Shown here piece after piece: positions 49,534 to 60,780 of a stretch of DNA of 64,000 nucleotides. Within the stretch, counting starts at the first letter, position 1; each line of letters opens with the position of its first letter. The stretch covers positions 34,844,001 to 34,908,000 of the forward strand of contig OZ076409.1 of the NCBI GenBank assembly GCA_964187785.1. Reading direction: 5' to 3'. The position numbers and the translations under genes were made by a program. This stretch comes from Amphiscolops sp. MND2022 (Eukaryota). The notes under the pieces were generated by a model. The model saw only the letters and a list, made by a program, of their open reading frames with translations. It was not told where the DNA came from and made no database searches.

Positions 49534-51299
49534 GTTATTATACAATGCTTCGCAACTAATATGCAACTTAATTAAGTCAATATTTTCCGCCCGTATTTCA
49601 CGATGGAGAATGAAAACTAATATCTCAGTCTGCGGACTTTTTAAACAAACTTTGCCGCACTTTATATTCACTCCAAAAAATCTTTTCCCCACAGAAGTTA
49701 ACGGCAACAAATAAGGTTCTTGTGAACTTTTCATTTGTTTCTTGGTAAAACATTTTTCTGAAAAAGTGCCTAGAAATTGAAAAAAACAAACGTGTAACTT
49801 TCTTGTTTCACTTCCATTTTATTGTTTCATTTTATATTTGGTACAATTTTTGAAAGTTTTCGTCGACATGAATATCCATCCCCAAAGCTCAACGACAACA
49901 CAAAAAGGTGCTGGGAATTTTTTTTATCACTGCAGAAAACAGAAGTTTTTGAAAAAGGGTTAAAAATGAACAAAAAAGTGCCCAAACCTTTACAACGCTG
50001 AAAGTGACTCTAGTTCTTGAGCAACTCCAGCAATCCGACAGCCTTTTGAAATTTGCGTTTTCATAGCTATGATAGAAACCGAGCGCGCTCAAATAATCCT
50101 CCAACAAACTAACAGCATTGAATCCAAACATTTTCTGTAACTTTCAGTAGAATTGTAGACCACTGGTGCATTACGGAGCTCTTGAGGTTTTAATAACGAA
50201 GACTAACAGGTAGTTCAAACACACATCGTGAACACAGTTTCAATTTTCCTCCGAGAGCGAACGAGCACTGCGAATACGCTGCATTTTTACCGTACGGCTA
50301 TACAACTTACCACCGTTGAAAAATTGTATTTGCTAATATAAATCACGGCGAAAAATATCTGGTGCTTAGTAAGCGCGTTGCTATTAAATGATTAAATGAT
50401 GAATGGACTTGAATTTTACTCTTTCAATCATGAAATTAATATTTCTCATCCTGGATAGCTGTCTCGGATATGTCGGTTGCTGCATTTTATTGTTCTAATG
50501 ATTTAAATCATTAGAGAATTCTCAGAACCGTCATCATTGCGCAGGAGAAATGGATTTTAACAATTAACATCTCCCTTGTCGAACTTGCGTGAACTTTTTT
50601 CACGTCAACATTGTTACTCAAAGTTGCTAGCAACTTGTATAATCAGTTTTCAAAACTTGTACTGAAGTTTCACGTGAAAATGTTTTCCTGCTGTATTCGA
50701 TGTTTATCAAGCTGCTTGGAAATTATAAAAGTTTTAGCGTTAATTTCAAGCCGTGTACATTACAGGTTTTCGCACAGGTTTTCAAAAGTTTCTGCAAGTG
50801 TTTAATTGCAGCTTTGACGCTAACAATCACTTGGTAACCTGCAATCTAGCGCGAACTTCAGCCGCTATTTGAGAACGGTGATTACAACAGATGAGTGGTT
50901 GAGAAATCAAAGTGTGCAACCAACGTGATCGTGTCGGTAACGAAGTGGGAAATGTTTTCAAAATTAATTGCAGTAGTGGAGGATACAATGTAATCCTACA
51001 AGATTTACCGCAGGGACCTTACAGATGTTTTTAGGTTTTATCAAAAAGTACTCTACATGCAGCCCTGCAGCATGTAAAAAAGTTCCAACAATCTCCACTG
51101 GGACTTTCAATAATTGTTTCATGGTTCACAGATTTCTGATTTTCAGGTTAAATTGAAACAGTTGCTCACACTAGGTTTTTTTTATTCAAACACAACCCTG
51201 CCAAGCAACCACTCGGTGGAAAAATGCAAAACCATTACGTGACATCTTTTGCACGGAAAGTTCCGTCCAAGAGAAACACTTGATGTCGAATAATCCTCA

Positions 51300-51925
51300 G
51301 AAAAATAGAAATGGCCCAACGTAGAATTTTGAGAGGCATTTTTTTCAAAAAAAAGTATGATTCCATAAGCAACATACTACGTCGGAATGGAGTATTAACA
51401 GTTTTTGAACTCTACATTGTTGAAGTAATGAAGGAATTGTTCCGACAACTACAATCAAAATCACCTAATTTGCTCCTCTCAAACATTGAAGCTACCACGA
51501 ATGACAAAATAGAAAGAAGATCTAAGCAAAAAAATCCTTTACCGCTCACCTGGAGTAGGACGATAGTGAAACAAAAATGTCTTACCAATGTTTTGATAAA
51601 ATGTCATAATTGGCTTAAACAATTCAATCTTTTACCCGAAGACCTTGCGACAATGAGTAAAACTCAAACTATGAAATTAACACAGAAAATTAGTTCGTTA
51701 TATGTTGTTGATAATGAGCAACTTGTGACATTATTCTTTTAGGAAGTGGTTTATCTTTCTCCTAACTGAAAGGGTACCTAACTGGTTTTCAAGGGTGGAA
51801 ACTCGAAGAGCTATTAAGCTCCTTTTCCATCCCAATTGGATAATAATTCATCTTTGTATGAAATAGAATATTATTTTATTTAATATCTTTAGCCAATTAA
51901 ATTAACTTATCTTATCTTATCTAAT
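51300..51925 (+). mobile_element. 5'-truncated LINE (CR1/L2-like) 3' fragment with a (CTTAT)n tail
   Basis: ORF 51311-51742 (KIEMAQRRILRGIFFKKKYDS...LTVFELYI) resembles the post-RT C-terminus of CR1/L2-clade ORF2. It is followed by a 3' UTR and CTTATCTTATCTTATCTAAT at about 51906-51925. Confidence 0.7.
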
Positions 51926-52893
51926 CCTACTCTACATCGATTGACAGTAAAAAGCTGCTGATTGTGTTTTTTGTGACGGAGAAGCTTTTTTTGTTGAAAT
52001 TAACACTTTCTTATACGATTTTGGTTTGTTTCAGACGTAAAATTTTGCTACTTCGGAAAACAATATAAAAAAGTTCGGATCATTTTTGCTGGAATTGTCA
52101 AAACAGCTTTAGAAACAATTCCTCAAATATTTGTTACCATATCAATTTTTTTCCTTCTTGCAGAAGTTTGTAAAGTATAAATGTGGTTTACGTGTTAGGG
52201 GATAAGATATTGGACAATTTCAATGTTCACACGCAAATTTCAATGCCCCATTTTTAACGAAGAGTCTAATTGTCAAAAACCGGCAACCTTGCAAGATTCT
52301 TCCAAGATATTCAAAGAGACTGCTTTTTTCTTAAATTCTTTACTGAATCATGCGAAAGAACCTAGCGAGAAAACCATTTTCTTCACGAATCTCGTAACCA
52401 ATCTTCTTGAAATTTTTCTCAAGATCTACATGGCTTACAGCTACCATAGCTCGGTTTATTTTGAAGTGCTCAACTTGCAGTCGAAATCATAGATTGGAAA
52501 TTTTATTGGCTGAACTCAATCGTTTAGCAAGTGGTAATAACTTGGTAGGCTCAATTAATTGCAATAATCCTCAATTTTCTCAATTCACTTAGCAGGATGC
52601 CACCGAGCGGATATCTTCCGTTCTGAACAATTTTGGCGACAACATGTTCTTAAGGCTCGTAGCAACGAAGCTACGAATCTTGTTACAATATTCAAATTTC
52701 GGACATTCTTTATTTCATTTTGCTTTTTCCTGGAAAAGTCTTCTTTTCTTTATAAAAGTATGTTAAGTAACCTTTGGTTTTGTTGTGGAACTGTGGATAA
52801 TAATACCCGCTAAAAAATAAAAAAATTTTAGAAAAAGGCGCCAATGAAAATTTTAAAACTTTTTAGTTAATTTTATGCGTTTTGTTTCAACAC

Positions 52894-53072
52894 TGTTGTA
52901 CCTGTATAGTTGAAGAAATCAGTGCTATACGAAACTACATTTTGTATCCCATCAATTGCTACTGAGTAAAGTTTACATCGTAAGCATATTAAAATAGTAG
53001 CAGGTACTTGATACTAAATAATAAATATGAAATGATAACAGTGTCTCATAGTAGTTTGTCCACTATAACTCA
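52894..53072 (-). repeat. Gypsy 3' LTR (179 bp)
   Basis: TG...CA termini; roughly 88% identical to the uninterrupted parts of 57963-58380; PPT complement CTTCCCCCTCC at 53073-53083. Confidence 0.85.
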
Positions 53073-54230
53073 CTTCCCCCTCCGTGATTAAACGAGAATT
53101 GGATAATGAGGGAATGTGACTCTCTTCTGAGGCGGTTGTCCGGCCAAAGCTGTATTGTTTTTCCACGGTGTTCCGCGTGGTGTCCTTGTTAATGATCCGG
53201 TTTTCGAGTGGTTCTTCCTGACGGGCCAATTTGTGAGGCTGTTGTATTGGTTGTCCATGTTGTTTTTTGTGGCCGGTGTAGTTTCCCGCTCGTTCAGTCT
53301 TTTGACTGTATTTCTTCTAATCAGATGGTACTGGATTATTTAATCTAATAATCGAGTTGGTTTAGGTTGGACGTATTGATCTACGTAAATTATCTTCTTC
53401 CCCTCTGTTCAGATTTTTGTAACTATTTTGAATTACTTTACCGTTATTGTCTCTAATGTGTATTTCGGTGTTTGCCCTTCTGGCATCTTCAATGATGCGG
53501 TCTACTTCCGCGTCTGTCATGTTTTCCTGTACAATGGTCGGCGGTCCGGTGGTTTTGTTTTGTTGTTGGGCCATTTGTGTTGATGGCCCCCCGAGTGAGC
53601 CACGGTTTTGCCCGTTCCGGTTCAATTTCGTTCTCCCAAGTGTTCCACTTCTTTGCGGTGTAATGGCTGTTTTGCCAGAATCTGAGGTGGTGGAGGTAGG
53701 AGTTACCGACAATGCATCTCCAAGGTTGCTCTCTGAATCGTGGACATTGTTTATCCTTGGGGACTCGATAGAGTAGCCATCCGGTCCCTTTAGTTCTGTT
53801 CCGCTGTTGTTGGGTTCTTGTGTAAGCTAAAAACATTTTTTTACTTATGTGTTTTCTTATGTTTAGTGTCCGATATTGCAACTTGAGTTTTATCGAGGTA
53901 TGCAATGTCGAACTTTGGTTTTGTAATCTTTTTCTCATGGAAAAAAACGGATAAACACCAAATCGTTGGTTACTTTATTCTGTTTCAACGTTTGCTGCTC
54001 AGTTACACCGCCAGTTCTCTTGGATAAGTGCGCTTGTAATCATTTGTTATAGTTTTCAACGCATCAAGATTTAGCAAATTGCTGATTTCGCTGTTTGGTT
54101 CGCTATTGCAGTTCAGTTCAAATGCGGATTTTTTAACTGCGCGTGTGGCGTTTTCCGCATTACATCGAATTCTAAGTCTAGCGCTCAACCAATTTTTTTT
54201 GCCTGCTTTTATATTGGCCAGTAGTATTTT

Positions 54231-54761
54231 TTACCGTTCTAATTCTGCGTTCATCCAGTGCTGTGGGGGTGTGTATATTCCGTGTCCCGTATAAAAGTTT
54301 TTTTTGGTGATTTTTGCAAAATCCCTAAACGTTCGGCCCGTAAATGCTGTGGCTTTACCGGTCTTATTTGTCTTTGAAATACCGTTTATGTTTAGGTATT
54401 TTTCCGAAATGTAACCGCTAATTTTTCCATCGGTCGTTGTACAAAGGCTAGTCACCGGCCAATCACTGAAGCGGTTCATTGAAAGTTGTATATAAAATCT
54501 TTGGTTCTTTTCGGTGATTGGACCAATGAAATGCAAATGGATTTCTTCGTTGTGTTTATTCAGCGATGGTAATTGTCTTTTTTCCGGACTTAGTACATTA
54601 TGTTTAATATTCTTACCGAACATTTTACACAGGACGCAACCGTCGCAATTCTTCTGTACAGCTTCGGTAGTTCTTGGCCACCAAAAATGCCCTGCTGCCA
54701 TAAAGATTTCGTTTGTTGCTGGGTGTCCTTCGTGAAGGAGGCTGATGACGGTTGTCCTCAA
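54231..54761 (-). pseudogene. Gypsy integrase remnant
   Basis: LHEGHP...WWP...CDGCVLC (H2C2 finger), IHLHFIGPI (degenerate IHLDF.GP), KATAFTG. Confidence 0.8.
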
Positions 54762-55929
54762 ATTCTTCTTAGAATAACAGACCGTATATAGTTAAAAGCT
54801 TCTTCTTGTATAGCATGTATTCCTCCAGAATACTTCCATGTTGCTGGCCAACGAGGCAGACAAGTGCTTCGAGGAAGCTCGGCTCTTTAGATGTCTAGGT
54901 CATGAGTACCGGTGAATCAGTAGAGAAATTAATTCCCGTCTCTTTTACAGTATTTCTTAAATCCAAGTTATTGCGCTCACCTGAGTCCACTTTTGGTGCG
55001 TTGCCATTCATGATATACTGGACGCTTTCAACGCCATAGTATTTTGCCCAGTTATCTGCCGGAACTTCTATACTTGACGGACTTAGGTCTGTCTCTGATC
55101 CAATTTCTCCTTCCAACGGAATATGCTTCTAGTATATTTGTTCGTTTTGTTGTCAAGAGGGTCCGGGTTTGTCTTCTTGGTGCGATTGTCGGCGTTGTGG
55201 ACTGTCTACTCCCCAAAAAGTGTCCACCATCCAATTTTCGTACCGCCTCTCCGGCGGTTGGAAACCTTGAGGCTGCTGGTGTCTTTGTCCGCTTTCAATG
55301 TTTTGGATGGCTAGTTGCAGTTGTTCTTCTAAACTTTCTTTCATTCCGGAAATGTTTCGGCTCGTAGTATTTCTTCCAGCTGCCACCGGATTATCGGTGA
55401 ATTCCCGTTTGACAATATCTCTCCATCGGGCAATCAAAATTTCTCGTTTCTACAGATGGGTCTGCGCTTTTCAAAATGCCGATGGTTCTTGCGTCCATGC
55501 TCGGTTTATTTTGTGCTGTTATTCAGTTTATCGTTCGATTAAGGAAAGTTATGGTAGTTTGTTCACGTGTTTTGGAATGCTTTGGTTCGCTGTTCGGTTT
55601 TGCGCGCTGTGATTGGTCCAAATGGTTACTAAGGCAACCGTATTTGGTAATGAATTTGTAGTGCAGTTTGATGCTGTTGATTACGTATTCTTCGTCGTAT
55701 GCGTCATTCACTTGTGGTGATGCAGACGGATTTCTGCTGAAAAAATCCGTGAGTACCAAGTGTTTACCAGCTATATGATTTACGTTAATAGAAAAACACG
55801 CTAGTCGATCTAGCCATCTAGTTAGCCGTTAGACGTTTTATAAGATCGATTACGTTTAATTAGCCGTTTTAAAGGTTGGTGATTAGTGACCAATTTTATC
55901 GGTTTTCTGTGTATGTATAGGCGAATGTG

Positions 55930-57450
55930 TTAAAGTCACCATTCCACCGCCACTATTTCCAGTTCATTGATGGCGTATTTTGTTTCCGTGTCGGGAAGAA
56001 AATTAATGGCAAATCCGATCGGTTTTAATTTACCACCTGGTTGTTCGTGCCGTAGAATGGCCCGAGGCCCTTTGTGCTTGCATCCATTTTTCTTTTGTTA
56101 GAATAATTTGATCTACATTGTGCTAAACACGGTATTTCCGTGATTTTTTGTTTCAAGTTTTCAAATGATTTCGTATGCTCTTCTGTCCGTTTCCAATTGG
56201 TGTCCTTTTTGAGGAATTGTATTAGAATATCTGTTTGGGCAGAAGGTTTTCAATGTATTTAGACAATAATTGGATAGCGCCTAAAATTGAGTTCAGTTCT
56301 TTTTTGTTCGCTGGTTTGTTCATTTCTTTGATTGTTCGTAGTTTGTCTTGTGACTGTCTGATTCCGTTATCATTCTAACTTTTGTAACTGATCCATTCTT
56401 GTTCGGTTTTGAATAGTTGTTCGAATTTGCTTTCCGCTCAGTCTATAACCGGCATGTACCAATTCCGATATGAAGTCCATCAATTCGTCCAAATGTTTTT
56501 GTTTGGTGCCTTTTGTGACAACTATATTGTCGTAGAGCCATCCTGAATGATTTTCCCCAGTGTTTGGTCGATTTTTTCCCGAAATGTTGTTGGGATGTCA
56601 GCTAACCCGTAAAAGCCATTAGGAAATTGGTAGTACCCAGCGAAGTTTCCTCCGGTAACCGCGAAAAGGCATAGAACCATTGCTTTTTTCGAGAGTTGTA
56701 GTTCATCATATGCGTAGTCTAAGTCAAATTCTGAAAGCCAGTTTTCGTCCGCCGGTCCATCCACTATTTTTTCTCGGAATTCTCGATATTGAAATCTTCC
56801 ATGTTAGACATATGTGTCTTTCTATTTACCGTTAATTCGTTCAGTAATATCGACTCAAGCGTAACTTCTGATTTGATCTTCCTATTTCACGGTTCTTATT
56901 TACAAAACAGTTTTCATTGATGTTTTCAGATTCCTCGATGTGTCACTGGTTTTTGAGTGTTTCATATTTCTCTTCAAATGCGGGTTGTAAGTGAATTGGT
57001 ATAGGTCTGCTTTTTTGTTGTATGAGTTTTGCCCCTTCTTTTAGCTGTATGTCCACTTCCACATTCTTTACTGTGTGAGTTTTTGTAAATAGTTTTTTGG
57101 AACTTACATTTCAGTGTTGCTCTTTCTCGGTACGGTCCACAGCTGGTTTGGTCCGTTTTGTTCATGTGTTGACTGACTGTTTGGTTGTCTTGATCCGTTT
57201 TTGGGGTGATGCCCAGCTTTCCCACCCAGTCCAGTCTGAGTAATGAGTGTCTTTGTCTGGTTGTTATTAGCAACTCCAGTTGCTTCTTTATGCTGTCTAT
57301 TTTGATGTTTTCTGTCGTTTTCCCTTCCAATTTTGTTTTAGTATTGTTCACGTCTCGCTAATCTTCCCGTTACCGGTTTAATTGTTGTTATATTGTTGAA
57401 TTGTATCTTCGGTATTAATGTTACCGGTGAGCCTGTGTCAACAATGCATT
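55930..57450 (-). pseudogene. Gypsy protease / RT / RNase H remnants
   Basis: IVDTGSPVT near 57430; SEFDLDYAY...GYYQFPNGFYGLADIPTTFREKID (RT, 56522-56764); DASTKGLG...PIGFA..FL.DTETKYAINELE (RNase H, about 55960-56085). Frameshifted. Confidence 0.85.
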
Positions 57451-58058
57451 TTATCGGTCGGTTATTGACCAATAGTGTTTTGGTATACAACGGGAGCCCG
57501 TTCCACTTTTGACTCCCATTGAGTTTTATTTTCTGTGGATGGAATGTGTTCAGTCCGGTTTCCAGTCATCCTCGTCTGGACTGTATGTTTCTTCATCTTC
57601 TATATGGTTTGTTTTCCGTGTTGATCGGCAACATTTTGCATATTGTCCTGTTTTTTTTTCACGCACATTTTTACCACAATTTACGCAATTTTATTGGACA
57701 AATTTCCGCCACCGCAAATTCGCACTGGAGCTGTCGTGTTTTTCTAAACTGGGACTTTTGCGTGCGGGCTCAGTCCCCCGTTCTCATTTTGTTCCCGTTG
57801 TGTATCAACCGGCTGCTCGTTGATTTATCGGTTGTCCAATTGGACTGTCCCCTGTCGGCGGAGGGGTGTTGTTGGTGTCAACCATTCTTGGGTTATCTGT
57901 TTTTAGGATAATTTTTTGTTGGCTTAAACGTAATTGTCAGTTAGTCTGACACTGACTGGCCATGTTGTAACTGTATAGTACAAGAATTCAGTGTTATACG
58001 AAACTGTATTTGGTATCTCATCAATTGCTACTGAGTAAAGTTTACATCGTAAGCATAA

Positions 58059-58293
58059 CAAGACGCCCGCTCAGCACCGGGATATTTTCCGCTATAAAAA
58101 ATGTAACGCTACAGCCCGGGTTCAAACCCATGACCTCGTGCCTGACAGGCAGACGCACTACCAACTGTGCCACGGTGACTAGTTTATCGTTTCACCAAAT
58201 GGAGTTAATGAAAGTGGAGTTTTGTCAGAATTTGTAAAAAAAACGCAGCACAGATCATGATTTTTTGCCCCCATTCATGTGAGCGGAAAATAG
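58059..58293 (-). mobile_element. 235-bp Helitron/Helentron-like element (family B) carrying a tRNA-like head
   Basis: Precise A|T insertion into the LTR without a TSD. 11-bp subterminal inverted repeats TATTTTCCGCT (58083-58093) / AGCGGAAAATA (58282-58292). Hairpin plus CTTG end shared with 25937. Confidence 0.75.
58108..58179 (-). ncRNA. tRNA-Asp(GTC)-like Pol III head / pseudo-tRNA
   Basis: GTCACCGTGGCACAGTTGGTAGTGCGTCTGCCTGTCAGGCACGAGGTCATGGGTTTGAACCCGGGCTGTAGC: A-box TGGCACAGTTGG, Asp-like loop CTGTCA, B-box GGTTTGAACCC. The acceptor stem does not pair, so it is not a functional tRNA. Confidence 0.6.
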
Positions 58294-58756
58294 TAAAATA
58301 GTAGCAGGTACTTGAGGCTAATTAATGAATATGAAATGATAATAGTGTCTCGTAGTAGTATGCCCTCTAGCTATACTTCAGATCTTCTCAAAAATTTGCT
58401 AAGCCGCTGATTTTCATGCCCACTTTAAAATCCAAATTTTGCAGATATTTTTATTATTTTTTTAAATTGAAAAATGGGCACATTTTTAGGTAACACTTTT
58501 GTTTCGGTGCTTTTTTCAAAACCTTCAAAAACACAAATGCTAAAAACTATTTTTCTAGTAGTTGAATTCCGTGGAAGATCCCCTATCTATTGACTAAAAT
58601 TGAAACATAACAAATTTAGGGGGAAAACGCGCCTGAATTAGTAATTTTTGTTTTCACAGAAAAATTGATTTTCAATAACGAATTTCCAAAATAAATAAAT
58701 ATGAAGTAGGAACAAAAATATTGAAAACTGTGTGATGACTCATGTTACCGCTGCAG

Positions 58757-58955
58757 TCACGAGCTGGACCGTTGGTCAATGTGGGAGTACGAGTTTTTCG
58801 AAGATTACCACGAGATGAGCTGCACGATGGAGCAGTTCGCTGTGGAGCTGCTCAAACTCACCCACCCTGAGGAGTTGCACACCCTTCTGGTGCAGGGACC
58901 CAACGGCAACTACCTCGAAACCTTACAGTACTCTGTCGACCTGGAACGTAAAAAC
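58757..58955 (+). CDS. TRPC: TRPC-like channel exon (helical linker before the pre-S1 region); the gene continues beyond the window
   Basis: CTGCAG acceptor; the first T completes Ser with the previous exon. HELDRWSMWEYEFFEDYHEMSCTMEQFAVELL...LQYSVDLERKN aligns with TRPC EL..L...E.EFK.DY..L...C..FA..LL...L..A....KKFV. Donor AAC|GTGAGT. Confidence 0.9.
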
Positions 58956-59736
58956 GTGAGTAATTCTCGTGTCCTTCTCTTGATTATTTCTGAATCATTT
59001 CTTTGTTCAAGAACAGCATACATCGCGGCCCAGAAATACGAGAAAACAGCTTCAGCAGCGAAAGTAAATCGCAAAATTAGGATATGCCGTTAAAATGGTA
59101 CTTCGGAATAGGATCAAGGTTGAAACTGTCAAACTTTCGCAGGTACAAATGTTGTTAAGGACTTCGGAAGGTAATGTTTTAAAAGTACACATCGGTTACT
59201 GGGTTTTTATCTTTTTTGCTATAAATATTTGTTTTTCGTACAACATTTTTAGACAACAATCATACATTCATGTTAAACATACTTGTATATGACTTGTTTT
59301 CTTAATTTCCACTTATACATGGGAAAATACTAGAATTCCAATTGACACTCAAATTGTGAAAACTATTGCAGAAAACTTGAAGTTTCTTGAGAGTATATTA
59401 TCGAAAATTCGAACGAAGTTTTTTCCCCCGAAATTCATAGAAACGCAAGATTTGTTTCTGAACCTTTCAAAGTTGGCGACCAGAGAAGAATTTTTTTGAA
59501 TATTTTATGCATATCGCACGTGGTCGCCAACTTTAAAAGGTTCTGAAAGAAAACTTGCGTTTCTATGAATTTCGGGGAAATTTTTATACACATTGGTAAA
59601 AAATTACAGTGAAGAATTTCTCCAAAGCAGTGGCATAAGAGCTCACATTTAAATCTCCGTAACATTTGTTTTTGATTCTTCCAAATCTCAAGTCCTTGAA
59701 AAAAGCACGGAAAAATACTCCGAGGTGGCTGGAATT

Positions 59737-60004
59737 CCAACAAGACGTCTTGGATTCACCTGGATTGTGTATCTGCGTTTGAAATCAATTAGGCTACTGC
59801 ATTTCCATACATGGTCAATTTGAACTCTTGTCCTGGTCACAAAAGGTCAATGTCCAAAAAAGTTTGTCTTAAGACAAACTATTTTGGACATTGACCTTTT
59901 GTGGCCAGGACAAGAGTTCAAATTGACCATGTATGGAAATGCTGTAGCCTAATTGATTTGAAACGCAGATACACAATCCAGGTGAATCCAAGACGTCTTG
60001 TTGG
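59737..60004. repeat. 268-bp spacer-free palindrome centred on CTTAAG
   Basis: 134-bp arms with 4 mismatches; centre AGTTTGTCTT|AAGACAAACT at 59870/59871. Confidence 0.95.
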
Positions 60005-60688
60005 TATAGAAAACTATCTAAATTCTGATTCAAAAGTAGAAACAGTCTGTTTTCATTCATTTCTCCTAATAGCAGTTTTCCCAGATTACACACCAAATTA
60101 TGGTAACAAAATATAAACTGTGCTCTGAAAATATATTTTTACTTCATTCATTTACCGGTCAGGAAATTTTTGTAGCATTGCAAAATTTCTCTGGAAGACA
60201 AAAAACGAATACCAAATCTAATTGATCAATGAACCGGACTGAGATTCTTTTTATTTCTCCCTTCGTGAAAATATATAGTTTGCATCAAGGTATATATTCA
60301 CAAAGCGACAGTACGGCACCGCAGTGTTTCACATTTGTAGAAAAACAAAAGTTGAAAGTTGAAACAAAATGGTATGAAAACAATGGAACATAGAAGCATG
60401 CGCGGAACACAGAAAAACTATATGTGAAAAAGAAATGTGATTCCACCTGTCGAAGTAGAAGCATCGGCGTAATTGAAAAGTTGATGAATTATTGATATAT
60501 GACCTGCTCAGTCGTTTGCACAAAAAAGGGTACTTCTGTGTTATATCCATGTGAGCTGCCAGCCGCAGCCGTGTTGAAGTAGCCAGCTCGAAGATTTAGA
60601 AGCTTCATCAAAATTTAATCACAGTCTTTTTTCTTTATCCACGTTGCGGTCGGCGACGGCGGCCCAAAAACACAACAATTTAAACTCA

Positions 60689-60780
60689 TGTTTTTTGATG
60701 CCTTTGCTCTGAAGACGACCTGTTTACAAGCTTATAAGCTTGTAAACAGGTCGTCTTCAGTGCGAAGGAATCAAAAAACA
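60689..60780. repeat. 92-bp spacer-free palindrome with a 52-bp perfect core
   Basis: Perfect core CTGAAGACGACCTGTTTACAAGCTTA|TAAGCTTGTAAACAGGTCGTCTTCAG (60709-60760); the outer 20 bp have about 4 mismatches. Confidence 0.92.

Larger units (their letters stand above)
52894..58380 (-). mobile_element. Decayed Ty3/Gypsy LTR retrotransposon
   Basis: Two LTRs (52894-53072; 57963-58380, interrupted). PBS-like TGGCCAGTCAGTG abuts the 5' LTR and PPT GGAGGGGGAAG abuts the 3' LTR. PR-RT-RH-IN order with many lesions; most of gag is missing. Confidence 0.9.
57963..58380 (-). repeat. Gypsy 5' LTR interrupted by a 235-bp insertion
   Basis: 57963-58058 plus 58294-58380 reconstitute the 179-bp LTR (with a 4-bp indel). 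Confidence 0.85.
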
